The position numbers and the translations under genes were made by a program. 64,000 nucleotides of DNA from Stegostoma tigrinum. Its lineage: Eukaryota. Below the pieces are notes generated by a model that did no database searches, was not told the origin of the DNA, and worked only from the letters and a program-made list of their open reading frames with translations. Positions 1 to 10,374 of the stretch are shown piece by piece (the stretch's first letter is position 1; each line of letters opens with the position of its first letter). The stretch is from positions 21,610,006 to 21,674,005 of the forward strand of contig NC_081378.1 of assembly GCF_030684315.1 (NCBI RefSeq), in the 5' to 3' direction.

Positions 1-282
1 GGAAATACAACAAAGGTTGGTACAGGGTGGGGATTATGCTGTACTTGAATAAGTTGTAGCAGCCCCTCATATACCTCCCTCTGACGCTAAACCTCCCGCA
101 ATACCTTGACTAGTTCCTCCAGCCCAATAGACTGGCCAGTCCCATACCCCAAACACCAACCCCTCATCCCAATACAATAATCCCCTGCCCCGGTAAATTG
201 ATCATCTTTAAATTATACTGGTCCCATCACATTGTTACAGTGTCCATTCCTGTTATTACATTGCACAGCTCACTCAATGTGT

Positions 283-590
283 TGACCCAGACACCCTGCC
301 CAGCCTCCATTAACTGACCCAATCCCAGAATCTACTGAGAGACTGTCCTGATCCCAGATTGCTTTTGATAGACAAACCTGATTCCAGACCCACCCTGAAT
401 TATGGCCACATTCCTGACCTCCTTGATAGGCTGACCTTGTCCCAGATCCTTCTGGTAGACTGACCTGATCCCAGACCCTCCCATCTAGACTGATCTTATC
501 CAAGATACCCCATAGACAGATGTGATTCTGGGCCCTCCCAGCTAGACTGACCTTGTCCTAGATCCCCTAGTGGACTGACCTGATCCACCA
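283..590. repeat. Degenerate minisatellite, ~29-nt unit (AGACTGACCTGATCCCAGA + variable), ~10 copies
   Basis: The core agactgacct(g/t)(a/g)tcccaga recurs at ~29-30 nt spacing, e.g. near 341, 430, 457, 487 and 544. Confidence 0.7.
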
Positions 591-829
591 GTTGACCAGC
601 ATCCTGTATTAACTCAGTCAGAATATGGTGTGGAGCGTTTACATGGATAGAACAATGACAAACATAAACATAGGGACTTAAACATGGACTGTTTTGCAAA
701 AAAAGGGAAATACATTACTTTAAAATGAGTACTTAACTATATCTGCATCCTCATGACTAGATTCTCTTCATTCCTCTCCTACAGTTCCACTTCCCTAAAG
801 ACTAAGCTTGGTCTAAACTTATTTTAGTA

Positions 830-1160
830 TTCATTTACAGGATGATGGTGTTACTGGCTAGGCCAGCATTTGTTGCCCATGCCTAGTTGCCCAGAGGCCA
901 GTTGACAGTCAACATATTGCAATGAGTCTGGGGTCATATGCAGGCCAGTCCAGGTAAAAAAGGCATAGCCCTTCCCTAAAGGACATTAGTGAACCAGAGA
1001 GGTTTGACTGACAATCAACAATGGATTCAAGGTTATCATCAGGCTCAAAGTTCAGATTTTTATTGAATTCAAATTCCACCAAACCTGGGTGCCCAGAACA
1101 TTGCTTGGGTCTGTGGATTAACAGTCCAGTAATAATACCATGAGGCTGTCACTTTCCAGG
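830..1160 (-). mobile_element. tRNA-derived SINE (family B in this window)
   Basis: Near-identical to copies at 9304-9650 and 39540-39810 (gggcagttaagagtcaaccacattgctgtgggtctggagtcacatgtagg core). The tRNA-like head is on the - strand. Confidence 0.75.
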
Positions 1161-1849
1161 CCTAATATCACAGGAGTTAGATTGGGAAAACATTACATCA
1201 GTTAAATCTACCCTAAACAGTCTTCATTTCCTACCAAGCATACCTCCTAATTTCTTGCTATTTCTGCAAGGTTTATGCTATTTTTATACAGATTGAAATG
1301 CCCTAATTGTTTTGCTGTTAGTTACTGGGACTCCAATCTGTGATCTCCTTCTCCCAGCTCAGCTTCATCATTTTTTTTAAAGGAAATACAATAATTAACT
1401 GTGATAACCGAATTAATAGGGATAAAAGATTATTTATAGTGCAAGATATTTTTGGATTTTATCAAAGTTCATTAACATTTAACCAACGTGTATAAACAAG
1501 TGATTTTCTGTCTGAAGCACCAGCTATGAATTAAATCAATAAATGATCTGTTTTAGGTACAAAGAGTGAGCAATTTTGTATCTACAATTAAGTTTTCTGT
1601 TTCAAACTTACCTTCTTTTACAATATGTGAAATGTATGGGCATATCAATCAGGATTGGATCACAGAAAATCAATTACGACGTCAGGGGACTTGAGAAATG
1701 GGCTTCAATGGGATAGTTGGGGTATAAAGTAATGGGCTTATGCTGGAGAACTAAGGAACACAATGGGATGGGCTTTGACAGTAGAGACAAAGGACTGGAG
1801 AGATGGTCTTTGATACAAGGCCAGGGATTCATGGGATCAGCTTTGATAG

Positions 1850-3920
1850 GACAGTTAGGGCATTTCAGTCAGATTTGGACAAATTGAGTGAGTGGGTAAA
1901 TGCATTAGAAATTATCCTGATGTCAGATCTGATGTTGTTGTTCTCGAACACCCTTTTCCACAGGCAGTTGAAGGCTATGCTAGCGCTCTGGAGGTGATGC
2001 TGTATCTCTTCATGAATACAGCTTTGGCCAACAGGATATTTCCTATGGTATTGGAAGTGGCCAACATTCTCTAAGCCTCTCCTTGTATCTTGATGATCTT
2101 TGGTTTGCTCCACAATACCAGGCCAGATTGATGAAGGATCTTCATCTTGCGGATGTTCAGGGTGAGACCTATGCTGTCATATGTCAAAGGTGCTAACAAT
2201 AGTCTGGAGCATGTCCTTGGCGATTTCACATACAGAAGCATCATCTGCATACTGTAGCTTGATGACACTGGTTGGGGTGACTTTGATTGTGACTTGAAGG
2301 CAGTGCAGTTGAATACTTCCCACGGGTTCTGTAAGTTAGCTCCACTCCAACAGAGAGCTTGTCAGCAGTGAGGTGAAGCATTGCCCTACTTGATACCGGT
2401 CCTAACAGGGGATGCATCACTGTGAAGCCATTTGTTATTACCATGACTTCCATGTCATTATGGAGCAGGTAAAGGATGGTAACAGAGCTGTGGTGGTACC
2501 CACCCTTCTATATAGCTCTGAGACATGGAATGTCTACAGTAGACACCTCAAGGCGCTGGAGCAGTACCACCAATGCTGCCTGCGCAAGATCCTGCAAATC
2601 TGCTGGGAAGAAGACGCATAAGAACCAGTGACCCTGACTAGGCTCACATCCCAGCATCGAGGCTCTGACCACCCTTGATTGGCTATGATGGGCTGCACAC
2701 ATCGTCAACATTACTGACACAAGACTACCCAAGCAGGTGTTCTACTCCCAGCTTTCAAAAGCCAGGGACATCCCAGCTGGACAGAGGAAGTGCTTCAGTG
2801 ATACCCTCAAGGCCTCACTGGTAAAGTGTGGCATTTCCACAGACACCTGGGAATCTCTGGCCCAAGCTCGTCCAACGTGGTCTTGGACCATCTGGGAAGG
2901 TATCAAGCACCTCAAAGTTTTCCATCGGGAAAAAAAATCACAGCAAGGTAATCATACCTAAGGCCCACCCACCCCTTCCTGTGACTACCACCTGCCCCAA
3001 TTTTAACAGAGCCTGCGGTAGCCATATCTGGCTGTACAGCCAACTATAGATTCACACTGAGAATGGAAGAGAGTCATCCTCATCTGCGAGGGACTGCCAA
3101 TGATGATAATGATGATGCTAACGCATGAGAAATGAAGTATAATTCGAATAAATGTGATGCACTTTAATAGCAAAAACAACAAGACCAATTATAATTGAAT
3201 GCCAACAGATTGGGAGAGGGGTAGGTGCAATGAGACCTAGGTGACCTTGTGCACCAGTTGCTAAAAGTAATCATGCAGGGTACAGGAGATGGTGAAGAAA
3301 ACTAATGGTATGTTGGACTTCATAGCAAGAGTATTTGAAAACAGGAGCAGGGATGTGTTCCTGTAATTGTACAGACCACAATTGGAAGAGTGTGTGCAGT
3401 TTTGGTCTCCTTTTCTGATGATAGATGATCTGGCTATAGGGGAAGTGCAACAAAGGATTACCAAACTGATTCCTTGTCTGACATATGAAGAAAGACTAGA
3501 TCAGTTAGGGCTATATGCACAGTAATTTAGAACAATAAGCGGGATTTTATGGAAACCTAAAAAAATTCTAACAGAACTAGACAGGGTAAACACAGGAAAG
3601 ATGTTCTCAATGACCAGGGAGTCCAGAACCAGGAGTCACAGTCTAAGGATAAAAGATAGGGCATTTAGGTTGGAGATGGGGAGCAATGCCTTCACCCAGG
3701 GGGTGGTGAGTTTTTGGAATTCTCTGTTGCCGAAAGCTGTTGAGCCCAAAACACTGAATGCTTTCAAGAAAGGGTTAGATATACCTCAGATTTCTAAAGG
3801 TATCAAATGATATGCAGAAAAATGTAAGAACAGGGTACTGAGTTGGATGATCAGCCATGATCACATTGAATGGTAAAAGGGCCATATGGCCTATTTCCTG
3901 TTCCTATTTTCTATGTTTCT
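1850..3920 (+). mobile_element. CR1 LINE 3' fragment, interrupted by an RTE insertion at 1912-3117
   Basis: FQSDLDKLSEW before the insertion; after it come the CR1 C-terminal motifs (CVQFWSP, TRSHSLRI, FTQGVVSFWNSL) and a CR1-type tail ending ttctatgtttcta. Confidence 0.75.
1912..3117 (+). mobile_element. RTE-clade LINE fragment with inverted 5' part (1912-~2470 on -, ~2475-3117 on +)
   Basis: RTE motifs AVVVPTLLYSSETW, HQCCLRKIL, GQRKCFSDTLKASL and WESLAQ on +; the upstream RT segment (LENVGHF, SASIAFNCLWKRVFEN) on -; (GAT)n tail at ~3100-3117. Confidence 0.8.
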
Positions 3921-4386
3921 AAGTGCGGAGAAATCAGGTACTGGAACAGTTCCCACTGTGGTTTTTTTTTAAGAAAATGTGTTTAAACTATTCATAAAAT
4001 GAAAGATCTTTTCCTCTGGCTGAGAAATCAAGTGTTGAGAGATCATCAAAACAATCACTAAAGCATGAAGACGGAGCTAGCAAATATTCAGCACGCATAT
4101 ACCGTGGTTCAGCTAAAGATCATCTTTCCAGGGAAAAACGTTGCTCAATATTTTAAAGGAAAGAAATAGGGTTAGGGAAATCATGGGGCAGTGAGACTAA
4201 CGCAGGAATTGATGCAGGGGAGGAAAGTGGGATTAATTTTGAAGTTATTCTAGCAAAATAACCAGCACAAATGCAATAGTCTGGAAGGTTTTATATTTTA
4301 GCTTCTAAGAAAAGTGTTATGGCAGTTGTGGAATTATAAAGCAGAGGAAAAACCCTCCAAAGACAGGCAGCTGCTGGGCTCCATAC

Positions 4387-4550
4387 TTGTCCAAATGTCT
4401 GAGATTGGCTGTGCTCCTGATCAATGCTAATCTGTTCCAGGCTGAATGCAATGCAGTAAATGGCATTCTGATGAACAGCAGCCAGAAGTAATGAATGAGT
4501 GAAATAATATTCCATTTGGCCAGCAAAATTCCAGATCATCAACTTTCCAT
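4387..4550 (-). pseudogene. Exon encoding the Roc (ROCO family) GTPase G3 region: GKLMIWNFAGQMEYYFTHSLLLAAVHQNAIYCIAFSL
   Basis: Flanked by ctgtgttcAG and GTatgg; 164 nt open. Matches the Roc signature WDFAGQxxYYxTHxxFL...aiYxxxFsL with D>N in the G3 box. Could be a functional exon rather than a pseudogene exon. Confidence 0.6.
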
Positions 4551-6157
4551 CTGAACACAGGAGTAATCTCAGATCAGCACGTTCCCACCTGGAAGTAGGA
4601 GTAGTACCGAATTAGCTTTCTCCCACTAACAGGAATGATCCAGATCACCTTCCTAGATCACGGCCTTTCACTAGTCTGACAGTGTTACCTATCCCAATGG
4701 AAGTTCAGTCCATCATGTCTCTGTCCTCTACCTTACTGCACAAGACTTTTTTTTCAAAAGTATGATGTGGGTACCTGTCTCAGTCACCCTGTCAGGCACC
4801 AAGTTCCAGACTGTCGCTCCCCCTTCCCCATCCCCACTGGATGAAGGAATTTCCCCTTTTAATTATACTTTTTATCCAGGCCTCCCGGTCAGTGACCTCT
4901 CTACCACAACAGATTGATACTTTATATCCACCCAATCTTGATGCTTTAAATTTTAGAAATGTCACATAAATCTCCCCTCAGCTTCCCTGTTTCAAAGAAA
5001 AAAAATCAGCCTACCTAATCCTTCTGTTAAAAATTGCCAATTCCTGGCAATGTCTTTATAAATTTACTCTAAGCCCTTTCCATCATGATCACAACTTTCC
5101 AGTGATTGGAACTGGAAGCAGTATGTAGCTCTGGTCTAAGTGTTCTGGACAGTTCTGGTGCAATCACCCTTCTACCTTAAAACTAATGAAGGAAAGCATT
5201 TACAAGTTTTCTACCCACTCGTCCAGTTAGAATCAGGGATCTGTAGACATTCACTTCAAGGCCAGTGTTTCTCTATGTGCTACATGTTCTGGTATTCAAT
5301 ACATATTGTCTGCTTTGCTCACCCTTTACAAATACCTCTCCAGATTGTGCTCCATTTGCCTGATTATAATCTTTCCAAATATAAAACAGAACAACCACTG
5401 GAAACTAATTAGATTTGTCAGCAAATGAGGAGGTTAGGATGTTTTTAAAAAATTGGGAAGGGCAGCAGGGGTGATGGTTGTGGTGTTGGTTAGACCAGAA
5501 ATATGGGCTACAAGTATAAGATACTCATTAACAAGGAAATAGGAAATTCAAGACTGATTTCTTTACTTAGACGATGGCAAAATTTGGAACTCACTACCAC
5601 AAGGAGTGGCTGAGACAAATAACAAAGGTGCATTTAAGAGGAAGCTAGGTAAGCACATAAGGGAGAAAGGAATAGAAGGAAATGAAGCTAAGATTAGATG
5701 GTTAGGCATGGGAAGAGTTTAAGCACTGGCACAGTGTTGGCCGAAATGATCTGTCTCTGTGATGTAGGCTCTACGCTACAAGGATTCTGAGTTCAAGTCC
5801 AAGAGCCTCGACAGCACCATACTCATTCTGCTGAGCAGCACCAGCACCACTCTAATCCCAGGGGAAATGATGAGCGAGACCAAAGGCTATTCTCTCACAT
5901 TAACCCTCCACTGGAGTGGGTGGGTGGGGTGTGGAATCCTAACTCTTCTAGGACCAAGTTTGAAAAGCTTATATTTTGAAGCATGAGAGATTTGCTAGTG
6001 TCAGAACCCCTATAGCAGGAATGGTGAAGCCTGGATTTTTCTAGCACCTTCCTGTGCTCAGGAGCTAGTAGTGAGAAGAACCCAAATGCATGCATTTTAA
6101 AATCTACCCTCAGAGTGTGGCAATCCTGGGATTGTGCAGCACAAATATATCTATACG

Positions 6158-6230
6158 GCCTGACTAGATCAGTCAGTAGAGCATGAGGCTCTTAATGTCA
6201 GAGTCCTGGGTTCGAGCCCCATATTGGTCA
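6158..6230 (+). tRNA. tRNA-Lys(CTT)-like sequence, probably a pseudogene
   Basis: 73 nt gcctgactagatcagtcagtagagcatgaggctCTTaatgtcagagtcctgggttcgagccccatattggtca is colinear with vertebrate tRNA-Lys-CTT. There are several stem mismatches (acceptor, D, anticodon); the T-loop GTTCGA is intact. Confidence 0.75.
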
Positions 6231-6241
6231 ACTGGCTCTTT

Positions 6242-6520
6242 AGGGTGGCATGGTGCCTTAATGGTTAGCAATGCTGCCCCACGGTATCGGAAACCTGGGT
6301 TCAGTTCCAACCCCAGGCAACTGTCTATGTAGAGTTTGAATGTATTGCATGCGTTCATCCTAGGTGCTCAGGCTTCCTCCCACAGTTCAAAAATGTGAAG
6401 ATTAGGCCGATTAAACATTGTAAATAAACATGGGGCTACAAGAATAGGGCTGGGACCAAGTGGGATGCTTCTTGAAGGCTCAATAGCTAGAACATCCCCT
6501 TCCATACTGTAGAGATTCTA
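6242..6520 (+). mobile_element. HE1/V-SINE-like tRNA-derived SINE
   Basis: tRNA-like head (tggttagcaatgctgcc...gggttc), V-domain-like ggtgctcaggcttcctcccacag, and a CR1-type tail. Confidence 0.7.
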
Positions 6521-6606
6521 CAGCGAAATGTGTCAGTCTCTGATTTTTTTTCTGAATGCACACCCTGCTGCCCTCAAACCTTCCCTGGACAGGTTAGCTG
6601 ATCAAC

Positions 6607-7050
6607 TGGATTGATTTATTGTCATGTGTACCAGCGTACAATGAAAAGCTTTGTTTATGAAGAATACAGGCAGATCACAGTATGCCAGGATGTACAGGTC
6701 AAAGGTTGGAAAAAAATCTTAGAGGCATACAGGTTACATTGCACAGGGCGTACAGTGGGTGAGATGAATGTTAGCAAGATCAGCGTTATTTGAGGCTTAG
6801 GAGTCCATTCATCAGTCAAATAACAACGTGGAAGAAGCTGTTCCTGAACCAGCTGGTGTGAGTGTTCAAGCTTCTGTATCTTCTTTCTGATTGAAAGGGT
6901 TGTAGGAGGTCATCACTGGTGTGTGATGGTGCTTTGATGATGCAGGCAACCTTTCAGCAACAAACTCTGTAAATGGAAGGTTGGCTTCTGTGATAGTCTG
7001 GGCTGTGCACACAGCTTTCTGTAGTTTCTACAGTCCTGAGCACAGCAGTT
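6607..7050 (-). mobile_element. Rex1/Babar LINE 3' end
   Basis: The minus strand gives RRYRSLNTHTSWFRNSFF, followed by the Rex1-type tail (aagcttttcattgtac...tgacaataaatcaa). Confidence 0.6.
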
Positions 7051-7054
7051 CAGA

Positions 7055-7980
7055 CAGCTCCGACGAACAGGTAAGTCAACATTTCAGGGGAGGGGGAAGG
7101 AGCCCATAAATAAATAGAGGGAGGGGGGTAGAGCTGGGGCAAGGGTAGGAGAGATGGTGAATAGTGGATGTAGATACAGGGTTATTGTGATTGTCCAATG
7201 GGAAGGATAGCTCAGACAGATGAGTTGGAAGATGGATGGGTTAAATCAGGTCGGGAGGGGGAGAACTGGACATGGGTTTAAGGGCTGGAGGTGGAGGGAT
7301 TTTGAAGCTGGTGAAGTCAATGTTAAGGCCATTGGGCTGTAAGCTTTCCAAGGCAAAATATCAGGCGTTGCTCCTCCAGTTTACATTTGGCCTCACTCTG
7401 ACAGTGGAGGAGCCAAGGATGGACATGTCGTCAGGGAAGTGGAAGGGGGTAATTAAAAATGGATGGCAACCGGGTCAGGTTGGTTGATGCGTGCACAAGT
7501 ACAGATGCTCTGCCAACTGGTCCCCTAGTCTGTGTGTGGTCTCCCTGATATACAGGAGACCCACAGCGGGAGCAATGGATACAACAGATAAGGTTCAATG
7601 AGTTGCAGGTGAATCTATGCCAGATCTGGAAGGATTGTTTGGGGCCTTGGACAAAGGTGAGAGGAGAGGTGTGGGGGCAGGTGTTGCACCTCTTGTGGAT
7701 TGGTAGGGAATATAGAGCTGACAAGGGATTCATGGAATGAATCGTCCCTGAGGAAAGCAGACAGGAGTGAGAAAGGAAATATCTTTTTGTAGGTGGCGGA
7801 AATATTGGAGGATGATTTGTGGGATTCAGAGATTGGTGGGGTGGTATGTGAGGACTAAGTGGGCTCTATTCTTATTGCTGTTGAGGGAGTGGCTTTGAGG
7901 GCAAAAGTGCTGGAAATGGAGGAGATGCGATTGAGGGCATCCTTAATTAGAGGAGGTGAAATTACGATTTTTGTAATAGA
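7055..7980 (-). mobile_element. Penelope-like element 3' fragment (GIY-YIG endonuclease region)
   Basis: RCNTCPHTS...RFTCNSLNLICCIHCSRCG on -; homologous to 41064-42400. Confidence 0.8.
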
Positions 7981-8033
7981 AGTTTCAGCAATGAGGGCTA
8001 TCCACCCATAGATCATGGGCTATAATGACATAC

Positions 8034-8145
8034 AGTTTGAAGTAAAGGAGTTGTTACAACCAGTAGCGCAGCACTCCCCATGCCAAATATTAGGATCGAG
8101 CTTTCACATTGACTTCTGGTTCTGGAAGTCGCTGCACATGTAGAC
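8034..8145 (-). pseudogene. Putative decayed P-loop exon of the same Roc-domain gene
   Basis: Flanked by tctttcAG and GTatgt. Reads LHVQRLPEPEVNVKAR, then after a 1-nt frameshift ILIFGMGSA-allvv-TTPLLQT, which resembles beta1-GxxxxGKTTLL with the GK lost. Confidence 0.35.
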
Positions 8146-8724
8146 CTGAAAGATTCAGAGGAACACTGGTTAAAGAGCACGCATGTGTATACACGTAAGG
8201 CAAACATTACATTTCTTTGAAGGGCAAAGTGAGAAAAATGGAAATATGGACGCTGCTGTCTTACAGAAAATGTATAAAGTGTCCTAATTTTCACAATTCA
8301 AAGGTTAAAAGTAGGACTATGTGGTGTCCCCTTATTAGTTACATAAGATCAGGAAACTTCTGGAGTAGATGGATTTGACACTTTGATGAGATAAGCCAGG
8401 TGCCTTTTGCCTGAATTGCTGCCTAGTGTTACACCTAAATGGGGTCGTGTGCTGGAGATCAAGACATCTTATTCCTGAAGGCATCACAAAAGTTGAAAAT
8501 TTTGTACAAGTATGAAAAATTCTTTTGTTTACCTGTCTTTTAAACCCAGTTAGACAAAAAAGCACAGATCAGGGTGTCTGTACTTTACAAGAATTACTAT
8601 TTATTGCAAAAAAAATTCTAGCTACAGACAGATGACACAGCTACAGATGAACCATCAACATAAACTCTGCCCGCCTTATAAAACTCCCTCTATGCACACA
8701 TACACAAAACAAACATGGGTATTC

Positions 8725-9062
8725 ATAGAATTCCTACAGTATAGAAACAGGTTATTCAGCCCGACAAGTCCACACCACCCCTCCAAATAGCATCCCACCC
8801 AAACCCATTCCCCTACACCTGTATTTCCCATGTCTAACCTAACCTAAACATCCCTGAACACTACAGGCAATTTAGCACAGCCAATCCATCTACCCTGCAC
8901 ATCTTTGGACCGTGGGAGGAAACTGGAGCACCTGGAGGAAACCCACGCAGACACGGGGAGAATGTGCAAACTCCACACAGACAGTCACCTAAAGCTGGAA
9001 TCAACCCAGGTCCCTCGCGGTGTGTGGCAGCAGTGCTAACCACTGAGCCACGATGCCACCCT
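8725..9062 (-). mobile_element. HE1/V-SINE-like SINE
   Basis: The minus strand reads ggtggcatcgtggctcagtggttagcactgctgcc...gtggagtttgcacattctccccgtgtctgcgtgggtttcctcc. Confidence 0.85.
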
Positions 9063-9303
9063 GAATGTTATCGGTGAAGGGAGAGATTAGAGAAGCAATT
9101 CAATAGCTTCCTGTTCTGTAATGTGATGCTTTTGGCTGGTCAGGACATGCTACTCTTCATCTTCCTTCTCCAGGTACTTCCACTTGCTGACAAGAGGTAC
9201 AGACTCATACATGTTAAGTCCCTGACTTATTAGACATAAGCCACAACCTAAAGCAATTGATGAGGGGAAATAAACTAGCTTTCTTCAGGCTTGAGGTCCT
9301 TCC

Positions 9304-9650
9304 TTTATTCATTTACAGAACGAGGATGTTGCTGGCTAGACAGCATTTATTGTCCACCCCTAATTGCTTGGAGGGCAGTTCAGAGACCACCACATTGCTG
9401 TGGGTCTGGAGCCACATGTAGGTCAGCCCAGGTAAGGGTGGCAGTTTCCTTCCCTGAAGGACATTTGTGAACAACGTGGGTTTTTCCTGACAATCAACTT
9501 ACAGTCATTATTAGATTCTTAATTCCAGATATTTTATTGAATTCAAATTCCACCACCTACCTTGGTGGGATTCAAACCTGGGTCCCCAGAATGTTAACCA
9601 TGTCTCTGGATTAACAGTCCAGCAACAATACCACTAGGCCATTGCCTCCT
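9304..9650 (-). mobile_element. tRNA-derived SINE (family B)
   Basis: Same family as 830-1160 and 39540-39810. Confidence 0.75.
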
Positions 9651-9889
9651 CTCCCTTCCCGTGTGTTTACTGCACAGAGAAACATAGCTCTTTCCTTTCC
9701 TGGGATTTCAAAGTTTTTCAGTCTCCTGGGTTTCAGTGTTGGAAAAACTTAAGATGGGCACTGGATTCAAATCATTCACTCTGTTTTCTCTCCACAGATA
9801 GAGCTGCTGAGTTTCTGTAACACTTTCTGTGTTTGTTTCAGATTTCCGCAGCTTCTCTGTAATCCCAGTGTTTATTATATCATTAAAGT

Positions 9890-10060
9890 GATATGTCCCT
9901 GCCGGTCTCTACGGTCGCCCACTCTCACCTTTCCCTTCCATCCGGGTCTCCGCCTCCGCACGCGCAATTGTAAAGCCTGCTGGGATCTGTAGTTCCCTAA
10001 AGCAACGGCCGGCGAGGTACCAGGAAATGGCGGCGGAGGGGCGCGTGCGGGCTGGGGGAA
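9890..10060. promoter_or_regulatory. CpG-rich promoter of SCO2, probably bidirectional, with a ZNF143/THAP11-type motif and an NRF1-like site
   Basis: Local CpG cluster. tgctgggatctgtagttc (9978-9995) is the reverse complement of ACTACAnnTCCCAGCA; cgcacgcgca lies at 9957-9966. Splice donors point outward on both strands (9928 on -, 10017 on +). Confidence 0.65.
9929..9941 (-). other. Putative first coding micro-exon (ATG GAA GGG AAA G) of the divergent Roc-like gene
   Basis: Strong donor AAG|GTGAGA at 9928-9927 inside a CpG-rich promoter. Phase 1 joins the 8145 exon in frame (MEGKGLHVQ...). Confidence 0.35.
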
Positions 10061-10374
10061 GGGTTAGGTGGGGCGAGGAAGAGAAGGGTCAGATGCTGGA
10101 TTGATCTAGAGAGGTCGGGGGATGCAGGGTGCGGGGAGAGGAGGAATGTGGGGACAAGAGGGCGATGGAGATGCTGGGGGAACAGGCGTGGTTTCAGTAT
10201 CAGAGGGGCCCTCAACCTGCCACCCAGACAGGGCAGGGACTGCTGGGAGGTGAACCAGGCCGGATTGTGGGTGTTCTTTTTCTCAGGTTTGTGTGGGGTC
10301 GGGTAGGGGGAGAGGGGCACTGGTGTGTTTTGATTGACCTCTAAGCATTTTTCTTTCACCACAGGTTTACCACG

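Noticed and set aside
283-590. CRISPR-like repeat/spacer pattern
   Set aside because: Vertebrate context, degenerate repeats, linkers of only ~10 nt and no cas genes; it is a minisatellite.
1612-1750. Minus-strand exon candidate with a strong AAG|GTAAGT donor as the next Roc-gene exon
   Set aside because: It has stops in the frames tested and no recognisable G4/COR motif; at most a non-coding or decayed exon.
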